Of a stretch of DNA of 64,000 nucleotides, positions 21,711-31,156 are shown in pieces. How positions within the stretch are numbered: position 1 is the stretch's first letter; each line of letters opens with the position of its first letter. This DNA is from an uncultured Chloroflexia bacterium (lineage in GTDB: Bacteria > Chloroflexota > Limnocylindria > Limnocylindrales > CSP1-4): the NCBI GenBank assembly GCA_963707215.1, contig CAVPPB010000003.1:864001-928000 (forward strand), written 5' to 3'. The notes under the pieces were generated by a model. The model was given only the letters and a program-made list of their open reading frames with translations. It searched no databases and was not told the DNA's origin. Position numbers and translations under genes: made by a program.

Positions 21711-22091
21711 ATGGACGATCTCGTCGACCTCGAGGCCATCGCACCGCTGGACCTCCAGCCCGGGACGGTCCGCGGTCGCCGGATCGAGGGTGAGCGGCTG
21801 ACCCTGGCCGTGATCGAGCTCGACCCGGGCGCGACCGTGCCGGAGCACCGCCATCATCACGAGCAGCTCGGCATCTGCGTGGCCGGCACCATCACGATCA
21901 CCCTCGACGGGATGAGCCGGACGTTCGGGCCCGGCGGGACCTGGCGGATCCTGGCCGATCGGCCCCATGTCGCGGTGGCTGGCCCCGATGGCGCGGTCGC
22001 CATCGAGGCGTTCACCCCGATCCGCGACGACTGGTCGGACCGGCGCGTCCTGGAGCCACGGGCCCCGGCCTGGCCGTCCTCGACGAGCTAG
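21711..22091 (+). CDS. Cupin domain protein
   Basis: PEHRHHHEQ and PH cupin motifs, FTPIRDDW; SD GGGAG before ATG 21711. Confidence 0.85.
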   Translation: MDDLVDLEAIAPLDLQPGTVRGRRIEGERLTLAVIELDPGATVPEHRHHHEQLGICVAGTITITLDGMSRTFGPGGTWRILADRPHVAVAGPDGAVAIEAFTPIRDDWSDRRVLEPRAPAWPSSTS

Positions 22092-22126
22092 CGTCTCCTG
22101 CGGGCGCCCGAGCGCAGTCGGACCGG

Positions 22127-23824
22127 CTACCCCTGCGCCGCCTCGCGGTCCCTGAGGATCCGCTGGGCGGCCAGCTTGCCCGGTCCGCCGGTGACGCAGC
22201 CGCCGGGGTGGGTACCCGACCCGCACTGGTAGTAGCCATCGATGGGGGTCCGGTACTGCGACCAGCCGGGTGCCGGCCGGAAGAAGTACATCTGTGGCGC
22301 CAGGAACTCCCCGGCGAAGATGTTGCCCTCGGACAGGCCGACCGTCCGCTCGATGTCGAGCGGGGTGACGACCTCGCGCTGGAGGACCAGGTCGGAGAAG
22401 CCTGGGAAGAACGACTCCAGGGTCCGCTGGACGGTGTCGCCGAGGTTCTGGCGCTCGGTGTCCCAGTCGCTCCCCCGGAGCTCGTACGGCGTGTAGTGGG
22501 TGAAGCACGACATGACGGCCTTGCCGGGCGGCGCCATGTCCGGATCCACCATCGACTGGATCGCGCAGTCCAGGTAGGGCCGGCTGGAGTACCAGCCGTA
22601 CTTGCCCTCGTCGAAGGCCCGCTCCAGGTACTCCATCGACGGGCCCACGTTGGTGAAGCCCCGGTACTGGTCGGTCCGATCGCCGAGGGCCGGATAGCGT
22701 GGGATGGCGTCGAGGGCGAAGTTGACCTTCGAGCTGGTCCCCTGGAAGCGGAACCGGCGGATGTTCTCGACGAGATCCCCGGGTAGCTCGGCCGGGTCGA
22801 GCAGCTCCAGGAACGTGCGCCGCGGGTCCAGGGACGACACGACGACCGGCGCCCGGTACTCGGTGCCGTCGGCAAGCGCCACGCCCTCGACCTGGCCGTT
22901 CCGGGTCATGACGGCCTCGACGGGCGCCTCGAGGCGGATCTCCGCCCCCAGCGCCTGGGCGGCCCGCGAGAGGACCTGGGTGAAGCCGCCGTTGCCTCCC
23001 TTGTGGAACGACCAGGCGCCCATGATCCCGTCGTGTTCGCCGAGCAGGTGGTAGAGCAGGACCAGGCCCGACCCCTGCGAGTACGGCCCGACCTTGGTCC
23101 CGATGATCGACGACGACGCGAGATAGCCCTTGATGATGTCGGACTCGAAGTAGTCGTCGAGGAAGTCGGCCGCCGAGCCGGTCAGCAGCCGGATAGCGTC
23201 GTGGAAGACCTTGCGATCGAGGCGCCGGAACCGGCCGGCGAGGTCGGCCAGGGCAAGCAGCTCCTCGGGGTCGTCGCTGAACAGGTCCGGCGGCGGCGCG
23301 TCCATGAGCGGCTTGAGGACCTGGAGGACCTTCCCGATGTCGTGGTCGAAGGCCTCGTACGCATCCGCGTCGTGCGGCGAGTGGCGGGCGATCTCCTTGA
23401 GGTTCTCCCCGCGATCCTGGCCGAGCAGGAGGTAGTCCCCGTCCTCCATCGGGCAGAAGGTCGTCGGCATCAGGATCGGCATGAAGCCATGCCGGACCAG
23501 GTCGAGGTCCTGGACGATATCGGGCCGCAGGAGGCTCAGGGCATACGAGAAGGTCGTGAACGAGAAGCCGGGCCGGAGCTCCTCGGTGATCGCCGCGCCA
23601 CCGACGAGGTGGCGGCGCTCGAGGACCAGGACCTTCAGCCCAGCCCTGGCCAGGTAGGCAGCGTTGACCAGGCCGTTGTGGCCGCCGCCGACGATGATGG
23701 CGTCGTGGTCCGCGTCCGCTCGGCGCGCGAAGGCGGGAGCAGGCCGGCCGGAAGCCTCGACTCGGGCGGCCTTGTCGGCCTTCGCGAGCTTGGCCTGCCT
23801 GGGGGACTTCTGGGTCTTCGGCAT
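22127..23824 (-). CDS. FAD-dependent oxidoreductase, phytoene desaturase/PYROXD2-like
   Basis: IIVGGGHNGL FAD motif, LERRHLVGGA, SMVDPDMAPPGK, GLSEGNIF, YRTPIDGYYQCGSGTHPGG. Confidence 0.88.
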   Translation of the reverse strand: MPKTQKSPRQAKLAKADKAARVEASGRPAPAFARRADADHDAIIVGGGHNGLVNAAYLARAGLKVLVLERRHLVGGAAITEELRPGFSFTTFSYALSLLRPDIVQDLDLVRHGFMPILMPTTFCPMEDGDYLLLGQDRGENLKEIARHSPHDADAYEAFDHDIGKVLQVLKPLMDAPPPDLFSDDPEELLALADLAGRFRRLDRKVFHDAIRLLTGSAADFLDDYFESDIIKGYLASSSIIGTKVGPYSQGSGLVLLYHLLGEHDGIMGAWSFHKGGNGGFTQVLSRAAQALGAEIRLEAPVEAVMTRNGQVEGVALADGTEYRAPVVVSSLDPRRTFLELLDPAELPGDLVENIRRFRFQGTSSKVNFALDAIPRYPALGDRTDQYRGFTNVGPSMEYLERAFDEGKYGWYSSRPYLDCAIQSMVDPDMAPPGKAVMSCFTHYTPYELRGSDWDTERQNLGDTVQRTLESFFPGFSDLVLQREVVTPLDIERTVGLSEGNIFAGEFLAPQMYFFRPAPGWSQYRTPIDGYYQCGSGTHPGGCVTGGPGKLAAQRILRDREAAQG

Positions 23825-23825
23825 G

Positions 23826-25022
23826 TCAGGCCGTCCTTCGGGCGGGATCGAAGAGGGGGAGCTTGGACACGACGGCGTCCACGTAGACGTAGCGGTGGCT
23901 GACGGCCAGCTCGAGCTTGACCCGGTCACCGGGGTCCCGATCGAGCGGCACCCGGGCCAGCGCGATGTGGCGCTGGAGCATCGGCGAGTACATCAGGCTC
24001 GTCGCATAGCCGAGCTGCCGGAGCTCGTCGTCGTAGACGTAGTACTCCTCGTGGATGGGCGTGTGGTCCTTGGGCGGCACCAGGCCCGCCTCCTCGTGGA
24101 CCCGATCGTAGTCGCGCCAGTCGACGACCAGGCCGGTCAGGCGCCAGCGCGAGGTGCCGGCGGCCAGCTCGTGGCGGATGGCGTCGCGACCGATGAAGGC
24201 CCGGTCGGTCGACTCGATCCCGCGGTGCATCCAGCCGAGTCCCAGCTCCGTCGGCGTCGAGCGATCGGCGTCGGTCCAGGCGAAGCGGGCGTTGCGGAAG
24301 TCGACGTCGAGGAGCAGGAGACCGGCCTCGATCCGAGCCATCGAAAGAGCCGTCAGCCCGAACGGCACCACGCCGCGGCCGCGGCTGCCCTCCCAGACGG
24401 CATCCCAGGCGTGCAGTGCGTCGTCGGGCCGGACCCACAGCTCGTAGCCCAGGTCGCCGGTGAAGCCGGTCCGCGACACCATGACCGGGCGCCCGGCGAC
24501 CTCGATCGAGGCGAGCCCGAAGTAGGCCAGCGATCCGATGCCCGGGGCGACCGGGGCCAGGATCTCGCGGGCCTTGGGGCCCTGGACGGCGAGGACCGCC
24601 CAGTCGTCCGAGACCTCCTCGATCCGGACGTCGTTGCGCCCCCTGGCCTCGCGGAACCAGGCAAGGTTCGGCTCGGCGGTGGTCAGGATGTACTCGCCGA
24701 CGGCCGGCCGCAGCAGGACCCCGTCCTCGACGACGAAGCCGCGGTGGTCGCACCACAGCGTGTACTGGGCACGACCGGGCGCCAGCGTCCGCGGGTCACG
24801 GGTCAGCACCGACGCGAGGAAACGCTCGGCGTCCGGACCGCTGACGAGGTACTTGTACAGTGGCGACGAGTCGAACAGCCCGGCAGCGTTGCGGATCGCG
24901 AAGTACTCGAACTTCTCGGAGACCTGGTACCTGGTCGCGGACAGGTAGCTTGACCAGTGCTCCCAGAGACCCGTCTCGTTGAGCACGCTCGTGCGCTCGT
25001 GGAACGGGGAGGTCCGGATCAT
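23826..25022 (-). CDS. Aminomethyltransferase family protein (GcvT-like, folate-binding)
   Basis: RTSPFH, AGLFDSSPL, EDGV, AVQGP, SRTGFTGDLGYELW, ARIEAG, KLPLFDP. Confidence 0.88.
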   Translation of the reverse strand: MIRTSPFHERTSVLNETGLWEHWSSYLSATRYQVSEKFEYFAIRNAAGLFDSSPLYKYLVSGPDAERFLASVLTRDPRTLAPGRAQYTLWCDHRGFVVEDGVLLRPAVGEYILTTAEPNLAWFREARGRNDVRIEEVSDDWAVLAVQGPKAREILAPVAPGIGSLAYFGLASIEVAGRPVMVSRTGFTGDLGYELWVRPDDALHAWDAVWEGSRGRGVVPFGLTALSMARIEAGLLLLDVDFRNARFAWTDADRSTPTELGLGWMHRGIESTDRAFIGRDAIRHELAAGTSRWRLTGLVVDWRDYDRVHEEAGLVPPKDHTPIHEEYYVYDDELRQLGYATSLMYSPMLQRHIALARVPLDRDPGDRVKLELAVSHRYVYVDAVVSKLPLFDPARRTA

Positions 25023-25181
25023 GGGCCCCTCGCGCTGCGGTCACCACGACGCGGCCGGGAGCCGCGGGCCGCCATGCTAGGCGACGACCCGGACACGGGT
25101 CGCGAGCGTTGCTCCTGACGCACTCCCGGCGCGGCGGGCCGTCCGTCCACGCGGTCGACGGTCGTGACCTATCCTTCGGCC

Positions 25182-26033
25182 ATGCTGCGTCCCGACGTCC
25201 GCGACCCCGGGGACCTCCGCCAGCCGGTCCTGCTCGCCGCCTTCGACGGCTGGGTCGACGCCGGGTCGGCCGCCTCGCTCGTCCTGGCCCGTCTCTCGGA
25301 GGACGACGAGCTGCTGGCGACATTCGATTCCGACGAGCTGTACGACTACCGGTCCCGGCGGCCGACCCTCGAGATCGTCGACGGCCGGCTCGCCGAGCTC
25401 ATCTGGCCAGAGCTGACGATCCGCCGCGCGCGGCTGGCGAGCCGGGACCTGCTGCTCCTCTCGGGTCACGAGCCCGACGACCGCTGGCGGGCCCTGGCCC
25501 GGGTCGTCGTCGAGCTCGCCCGCGACCTCGGGGTCGTCGAGTGGATCAGCCTGGGGGCGATCCCGGCAGCCGTGCCCCACACACGCCCGGTGCCGGTCCT
25601 CGGAACAGCGTCCGCTCCGGGCCTGCTCAGGGCCGGCGTGGAAGCCGGTCCGGCGGGCGTGCTGCGGGTGCCGGCGGCCGCGATCTCGGTCCTCGAGATG
25701 GCGATGGCCGAGGCCGGCATCCCGGCCCTCGGCTACTTCGCCCAGATCCCCCACTACGTGTCCGGCCCGTACCCGGCGGCTGCGGTCGAGCTGCTGCGGA
25801 ACCTGGGCGACCACCTGGGCGAGGAGCTGCCGGTCGGCGAGCTGGCCGAGGCCGCCCGCCAGCTGCAGACCCGCCTGGACACAGCGACCGCGCTCGATGA
25901 GACCTCCCGCCAGTACGTCGAGCGGCTCGAGGCGATGGCCGACGAGTCGCGGCTACCCTCTGGCGACGACCTGATCGCCGACATCGAGCGCTTCCTCCGC
26001 GAGCGTGAGGGCGACGAGCGCGGATCGGGCTGA
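25182..26033 (+). CDS. PAC2 family (proteasome assembly chaperone-like) protein
   Basis: AFDGWVDAG, YDYRSRRP, GHEPD, VPHTRP, IPHY motifs; TATCCT -10 six nt before ATG. Confidence 0.85.
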   Translation: MLRPDVRDPGDLRQPVLLAAFDGWVDAGSAASLVLARLSEDDELLATFDSDELYDYRSRRPTLEIVDGRLAELIWPELTIRRARLASRDLLLLSGHEPDDRWRALARVVVELARDLGVVEWISLGAIPAAVPHTRPVPVLGTASAPGLLRAGVEAGPAGVLRVPAAAISVLEMAMAEAGIPALGYFAQIPHYVSGPYPAAAVELLRNLGDHLGEELPVGELAEAARQLQTRLDTATALDETSRQYVERLEAMADESRLPSGDDLIADIERFLREREGDERGSG

Positions 26034-26045
26034 GGCGGGACCCCG

Positions 26046-27374
26046 CTACATCCCCTGGCGGGCCAGGCGCCAGATGGTCCGCACGCTCGGTCGCTGGCCG
26101 TAGAGCAGGACGCCGGCGGCGTAGATCCGGGCGGCGATCCAGAGGGCGATGGCGATGGCCACGACCAGCAGGCTGATCGACAGCGCGTACTCCCACGCGG
26201 CGACGTCGCCCGAGCCCGCTCGGCTCACCATGAGGAACGGGCTCAGGAAGGGCACCATCGAGAGGGCCACCAGCAGCGCGTCATCGATGGCGATGAGGCC
26301 GGTCCCGGTGTACAGCGCGATGAGGTAGCCGGCCACCGAGATCATGCTCATCGGGGTCACCACCTGGTTGACGTCCTCCTGGCGGCTGACGAGCGAGCCG
26401 GCCGCAGCGTAGAGCACGGAGTACAGGAGGAACCCCAGCACGCCGTAGACGACCAGGACGACGAGGAGCCCGACGGTGAGGCCCTCCGGCAGCTCCACCG
26501 AGGCGCCGCCGTCGCCCAGGAGCAGGTCGGCGATCGTGCCCTGGAGGAGCAGGGCGACGACCCCGGCGCCGAGCATCGCCAGGTACTGGACGCCGGCGAC
26601 CGCGCCGACGCCGAGCACCTTGCCGGTCAGCAGCTGGAAGGGTCTCGCGGCGTTGAGGATGACCTCCATGACCCGCGAGGACTTCTCCTCGACGACGCTC
26701 ATCGCGACCCAGTTCCCGTAGAGGATGATCATCATGAAGATGAGGATCGTCAGCCCGTACCCCAGCAGGTAGTCGGTGCCCTGGGTGACCTCGTCGGTCG
26801 TCGGCTCGGTCTGCTCAGGATCCGCCCAGGCGACCGCGTAGTCGGCGGGGGCGAACAGGGCGGCCTGGTCGGCGGCGTCGACGCCGAGACGCTCGAGCCG
26901 GTCGGCCACGGCGATCGCCGTCGATGCCTGCCGGACGAGCTGGGCCGTCCGGCCGGTCGCCGAGTCGTTGGTGTAGAGGGTGAAGGTCAGCTCGCCGTCG
27001 CTCGCCCGTTCGATGGCCAGGACCGCGGAGTAGTCGCCCTCGTCGGCCTCGGCCCGGGCCGCCTCGAAGTCGCTCACGGCCAGCACGTCGAACCCGCCGC
27101 CGACCGCTGCAGCCGGATCCTCCGCCCCCGTCGGGGCGTTGAGGAGCGCGTCGAGCGTCGCCACCGGGTCGGTCGCGAGCTCCGTGCCGTCGGCCGTCCA
27201 GACGGCGACCGTGGGCTCCTCGCTGCGGTCCAGGTAGCCGACGATGACCGGTACCAGGGCGATGGCGACGACCCCGGCGACCAGGAAGAGCGTCCCGATG
27301 ACGAAGGTCCGCGTGCGCAGCCGGGTCAGGAACTCGCGGCGGGCGACGTTGACGATGTTCGGGAGATCCCTCAT
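26046..27374 (-). CDS. ABC-2 type exporter permease (NatB/YhaP-like)
   Basis: VARREF, SVVEEKSSRVMEVIL, GKVLG, GSLVSRQED, multiple TM segments. Confidence 0.88.
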   Translation of the reverse strand: MRDLPNIVNVARREFLTRLRTRTFVIGTLFLVAGVVAIALVPVIVGYLDRSEEPTVAVWTADGTELATDPVATLDALLNAPTGAEDPAAAVGGGFDVLAVSDFEAARAEADEGDYSAVLAIERASDGELTFTLYTNDSATGRTAQLVRQASTAIAVADRLERLGVDAADQAALFAPADYAVAWADPEQTEPTTDEVTQGTDYLLGYGLTILIFMMIILYGNWVAMSVVEEKSSRVMEVILNAARPFQLLTGKVLGVGAVAGVQYLAMLGAGVVALLLQGTIADLLLGDGGASVELPEGLTVGLLVVLVVYGVLGFLLYSVLYAAAGSLVSRQEDVNQVVTPMSMISVAGYLIALYTGTGLIAIDDALLVALSMVPFLSPFLMVSRAGSGDVAAWEYALSISLLVVAIAIALWIAARIYAAGVLLYGQRPSVRTIWRLARQGM

Positions 27375-28351
27375 CGGTCGGAGCCTCCCGAGCCTGCCGG
27401 AGGAACGGCTGCGGATGCGGGCGCGGCGGCAAGCGTCTCCTCGTCCCGGTCGATCGCCCCGACCCGCTCCACGAAGACCTCCTCCAGCGACGGGTCGGCG
27501 ACCTCGAAGCGATAGACCTCATCGCCGCGCTCCAGGGCGGCCCGCAGGACGGCCTGCGGGTCCGAGCCGGCCCCGACGCGGAGCTCCGTGTAGTCGCGGC
27601 CGGGCCGGGTCACCTCGACGCTGGGCAGCAAGCGGAGCCAGTCGAGGTCGCCGTCGCCCGAGGTCGCCAATCGGATCGTCTGGTGGCCAGTCGAGCGCTT
27701 GACCTCACGGGTGGTGCCAGAGGCCACCAGGCGACCCCGGTCGATGATGGCGACCGAGTCGCAGAGCTCCTCGGCCTGCTCCAGCTGGTGGGTGCTGAAG
27801 ACCAGGGTCTTGCCCCGGTCGCGCATCTCCAGGAAGGCGGATTTGAGCAGGGCGACGTTGACCGGGTCCAGGCCAGCGAAGGGCTCGTCCATGAGCAGGA
27901 CGTCGGGGTCATGGAGGATCGTGGCGACGAACTGGACCTTCTGCTGGTTGCCCTTCGAGAGACTCTCGGCCCGACGGTCCGCATAGTCGGCGATGCGGAA
28001 GCGGGCCAGCCAGTCGAGGGCGTCGCGGCGGGCCGCGCTGCGCCCGACCCCGTAGAGCGACGCGTAGAACACGAGCTGGTCGAGCACTTCCATGCGCGGA
28101 TAGAGACCGCGCTCCTCCGGCATGTAGCCCCAGGTCCGCCGCGGCCAGTCGTGGACCGACCGACCCTGCCAGGCGACCCGCCCCTCGTCGGGCCGGAGGA
28201 AGCCGAGGGCGATCCGCATCGTCGTCGTCTTGCCGGCCCCGTTGGCGCCGAGGAACCCGAAGACCTCGCCGGGGGTGACGTCGAACGAGACGCCGTCGAG
28301 GGCCTGGACCTCCCCGAATTGCTTGCGCAGGCCGACGATCTCGAGGCTCAC
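27371..28351 (-). CDS. ABC transporter ATP-binding protein (NatA/YhaQ-like)
   Basis: GANGAGKT Walker A, LSKGNQQ signature, LMDEP, STH; C-terminal PSLEEVF; GTG start inferred. Confidence 0.9.
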   Translation of the reverse strand: MSLEIVGLRKQFGEVQALDGVSFDVTPGEVFGFLGANGAGKTTTMRIALGFLRPDEGRVAWQGRSVHDWPRRTWGYMPEERGLYPRMEVLDQLVFYASLYGVGRSAARRDALDWLARFRIADYADRRAESLSKGNQQKVQFVATILHDPDVLLMDEPFAGLDPVNVALLKSAFLEMRDRGKTLVFSTHQLEQAEELCDSVAIIDRGRLVASGTTREVKRSTGHQTIRLATSGDGDLDWLRLLPSVEVTRPGRDYTELRVGAGSDPQAVLRAALERGDEVYRFEVADPSLEEVFVERVGAIDRDEETLAAAPASAAVPPAGSGGSDR

Positions 28352-28582
28352 CGTCCGTCCCCACGGTGGACGGTCGTGACGTGACGCATGCCCGGACCCT
28401 ACGACACGCGCGCAACCGGGACCCTGTCGGGCCGGACCGTTCGGCCGGGCCGTCCGGCCCAAGCCGCCCGGGACGGTCGCCGAGTCGGGCACGACCGCGG
28501 GTCTCCCGCCGGTTGGGACGCCGACGGATTCGGAACGGCCCCGGTGCCGTGGGGGCGACCGGGGCCGTGGCTGAGGCGACGG

Positions 28583-28909
28583 TCAGACGGCGTGCGGCTT
28601 GCCCACGAGCGTGCCGCCCGAGACGAGGCGGACAGCGATCGCGGCTACGCCTCCGGCAACGAGCCCGCCGATCAGGGCCGGCAGCAGCGCGAGCCCCTCC
28701 CAGACCGGCTCGATGGTCAGCCAGGCGGTGACGAACTGTCCGCAGACCAGTCCACCGAGGAAGGCGACGATAGCGGTCACGACCCACTCGTAGGGCATCG
28801 TGACCTCGGCGATGGCCTGACCGATCAGCTGGTAGACGATGCCGATCACGACGGCGCCGCCGACGAGCAGCAGCCAGCCCAGGTACGTCATGGTGATCGT
28901 GAATTCCAT
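28583..28909 (-). CDS. Small hydrophobic membrane protein (GlsB/YeaQ/YmgE-like)
   Basis: 108 aa with about 3 Gly-rich TM segments; SD-like GAGGG before ATG. Confidence 0.65.
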   Translation of the reverse strand: MEFTITMTYLGWLLLVGGAVVIGIVYQLIGQAIAEVTMPYEWVVTAIVAFLGGLVCGQFVTAWLTIEPVWEGLALLPALIGGLVAGGVAAIAVRLVSGGTLVGKPHAV

Positions 28910-29070
28910 GGTCCCTCTCCCGGAGCCACACGGGTACCCAAGGATCCGGGGCGGCGACACCCATCGCCCGATCGGCCCCCCGATCGCGGCCCACGCGCTT
29001 CCGCTCCTGGGCCATTGGACACCGGCGGGATGCCCACGCCAAGTGCCGATCGAACCGATCGGCCAGCTCG

Positions 29071-29517
29071 CTACTCCAGCCAGCCGATCCCGAAGTCCTC
29101 CGAGAGCCTGCGGTAGAGCGCGTCGTCAAGCGTGCCGTCGGCCCTCGCCGCTGCCAGGGCGTCGAACCATCGGTCGAGCCCACCGGGCACGGCCAGGAAC
29201 AGGTACCGGGAGGCGGTCGCAAGCGGGTTGCGGAGCGCGTGTGGGAGCCGTTTCGGCAGGCGTGCCAGGCCGCCAGCCTCGAGGGTAGCGGTCCGATCGG
29301 GGAGCCGGACCTCCAGCGCACCCTCCAGGACGTAGCCGATCTCGTCCTCGCGGGCATGGACGTGGAGACGGTTGCCTGCTCCCGGCTGGAACGTCGACTC
29401 GAAGATGTAGATGGAGCCCGCGGACTGCTCGCTCGTCAGGCGATGGGTCACCGACAGGAAGTCCAGCGACGTGCCCGCGCCCGGCGGGACGAAGGCCGGC
29501 TGCGGGTCGTCGGGCAT
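29071..29517 (-). CDS. Cupin domain protein
   Basis: LHVHAREDE and PHA cupin motifs; SD AGGAGG before ATG 29517. Confidence 0.85.
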   Translation of the reverse strand: MPDDPQPAFVPPGAGTSLDFLSVTHRLTSEQSAGSIYIFESTFQPGAGNRLHVHAREDEIGYVLEGALEVRLPDRTATLEAGGLARLPKRLPHALRNPLATASRYLFLAVPGGLDRWFDALAAARADGTLDDALYRRLSEDFGIGWLE

Positions 29518-29646
29518 CGGGGTCGCCTCCTGGCTGGTCGTCCGGAGGTCGCCGTCCGGACTCCTCGCCGCCGAGCATACGACCCGCATGCCGTCAGCCC
29601 GACCTACCGGAGGCACCTCCCTGAGCGCGACCGCTATGCTCGGGAG

Positions 29647-30207
29647 GTGGGGAGACTGGTCTACACCATGAACGTCTCGCTCGACGGCTTCGTCGAGACG
29701 GTCGATCGCTCCCTCGACTGGGCCATGGTGGACGAGGAGCTTCACCGCTGGTTCAACGAGCAGGCCCACAGGGCGGACGCGTTCCTCTACGGGCGACGGC
29801 TCTACGAGCGCATGGAGGCCTACTGGCCGACGGCCGAAGCTGATCCATCGGCCACGCCAGCCATGCTCGAGTTCGCCCGCATCTGGAATGCCAAGCCGAA
29901 GGTCGTGTTCTCCCCGACCCTCGAGTCGGTGGAGGCGAACAGCCGCCTCGTCGCGGGCGACGTCGGCGAGGTGCTCGCCCGTCTCCGCACGGAGTTCGAC
30001 GGCGAGATGGCTGTCGCTGGGCCGACCCTGGCGGCGGCATTCGTCGAGCGCGACCTCGTCGACGAGTACCGGCTCGTGGTCCACCCGGTCATCCTGGGAG
30101 CGGGTACCCGCTTCTTCCCCGAGCTTGAGCTCCCGGCAGGGCTCAGGCTGGTCGAGACGCGGACGTTCGAGTCCGGGGCCGTCTACCTCGGCTATGCCAG
30201 ACGGTAG
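29647..30207 (+). CDS. Dihydrofolate reductase family protein (RibD C-terminal domain)
   Basis: MNVSLDGF, LYGRRLYE, PKVVFS, GPTLA, LVDEYRLVVHPVILGAG. Confidence 0.88.
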   Translation: MGRLVYTMNVSLDGFVETVDRSLDWAMVDEELHRWFNEQAHRADAFLYGRRLYERMEAYWPTAEADPSATPAMLEFARIWNAKPKVVFSPTLESVEANSRLVAGDVGEVLARLRTEFDGEMAVAGPTLAAAFVERDLVDEYRLVVHPVILGAGTRFFPELELPAGLRLVETRTFESGAVYLGYARR

Positions 30208-30346
30208 ATCCGGCGGCCGGGACGCTGGTCGATGGTCGACCGCGGCCCCGGCGAGCAGCCCGCCGTGGCGATCCGCTGGTCGATCCGGTCCCTCGAGGGG
30301 GATGGGCGCTGGCGGATGGCCCTCCACCACTGGACGCCGCTTCGCT

Positions 30347-30370
30347 GACACCGCCTCCACCGGAGGTGTC
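30347..30370. terminator. Hairpin between convergent genes
   Basis: GACACC(GC)CTCC...GGAGGTGTC imperfect inverted repeat. Confidence 0.45.
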
Positions 30371-30375
30371 CGAGC

Positions 30376-31050
30376 CTAGCCCGGGCGTATCTGGTCCGCG
30401 CTGACGCCGAGCCCGATCGGACAGGCGACCCCGGTCGAGTGGTCGGGGCAGTAGCCGTTCGGGTTCTTCGAGAGGTACTGCTGGTGCTCGGCCTCGGCGA
30501 AGTAGAAGGGCGGCGCCTCGACGATCTCGGTCGTGATGGGGCCGAAGCCGGCCGCCGTCAGGCGCTCCTGGTAGGCCGCACGGGAGGCCTCCGCCAGCCG
30601 GCGCTGCTCGGCGTCGAGCACGCCGATCATCGAGCGGTACTGGGTCCCGACGTCGTTGCCCTGGCGCATCCCCTGGGTCGGGTCGTGGTGCTCCCAGAAG
30701 ACCTTGAGGAGCTGCTCGTATGACACGACAGCCGGGTCGAAGACCACCTTGACGACCTCGGCATGGCCGGTCCGACCGGTGCATGCCTCGCGGTAGGTCG
30801 GGTTGGGGGTCGAGCCCCCGGCGTAGCCGACCGCCGTGACGAGCACGCCCGGCGTCTGCCAGAAGGCCTTCTCGGCGCCCCAGTAGCAGCCCAGCCCGAA
30901 CACCGCCTGCTGGCTGCCGTCGGGGTACGGCCCGGCCAGCGGGGCGCCGTTGACGTGATGGCGCTCGGCGGTCGGGATGGGCTCCGGGCGGCCGGGCAGG
31001 GCCTCGGCCGGGGCCGGCATCCGGGTCTTGGGCTGGTCGAAGGACCACAT
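30376..31050 (-). CDS. msrA: Peptide-methionine (S)-S-oxide reductase
   Basis: [49 protein letters not shown]. Confidence 0.95.
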   Translation of the reverse strand: MWSFDQPKTRMPAPAEALPGRPEPIPTAERHHVNGAPLAGPYPDGSQQAVFGLGCYWGAEKAFWQTPGVLVTAVGYAGGSTPNPTYREACTGRTGHAEVVKVVFDPAVVSYEQLLKVFWEHHDPTQGMRQGNDVGTQYRSMIGVLDAEQRRLAEASRAAYQERLTAAGFGPITTEIVEAPPFYFAEAEHQQYLSKNPNGYCPDHSTGVACPIGLGVSADQIRPG

Positions 31051-31156
31051 GTCGGATCCCTTCCTAGGGTTCGGATACGGGGATGGTACCCGCAGGCGGG
31101 CGGGACGCCGCGCGCACGGGGTGATGGGGACCATACGCACGATCGGTGACGAGCCA

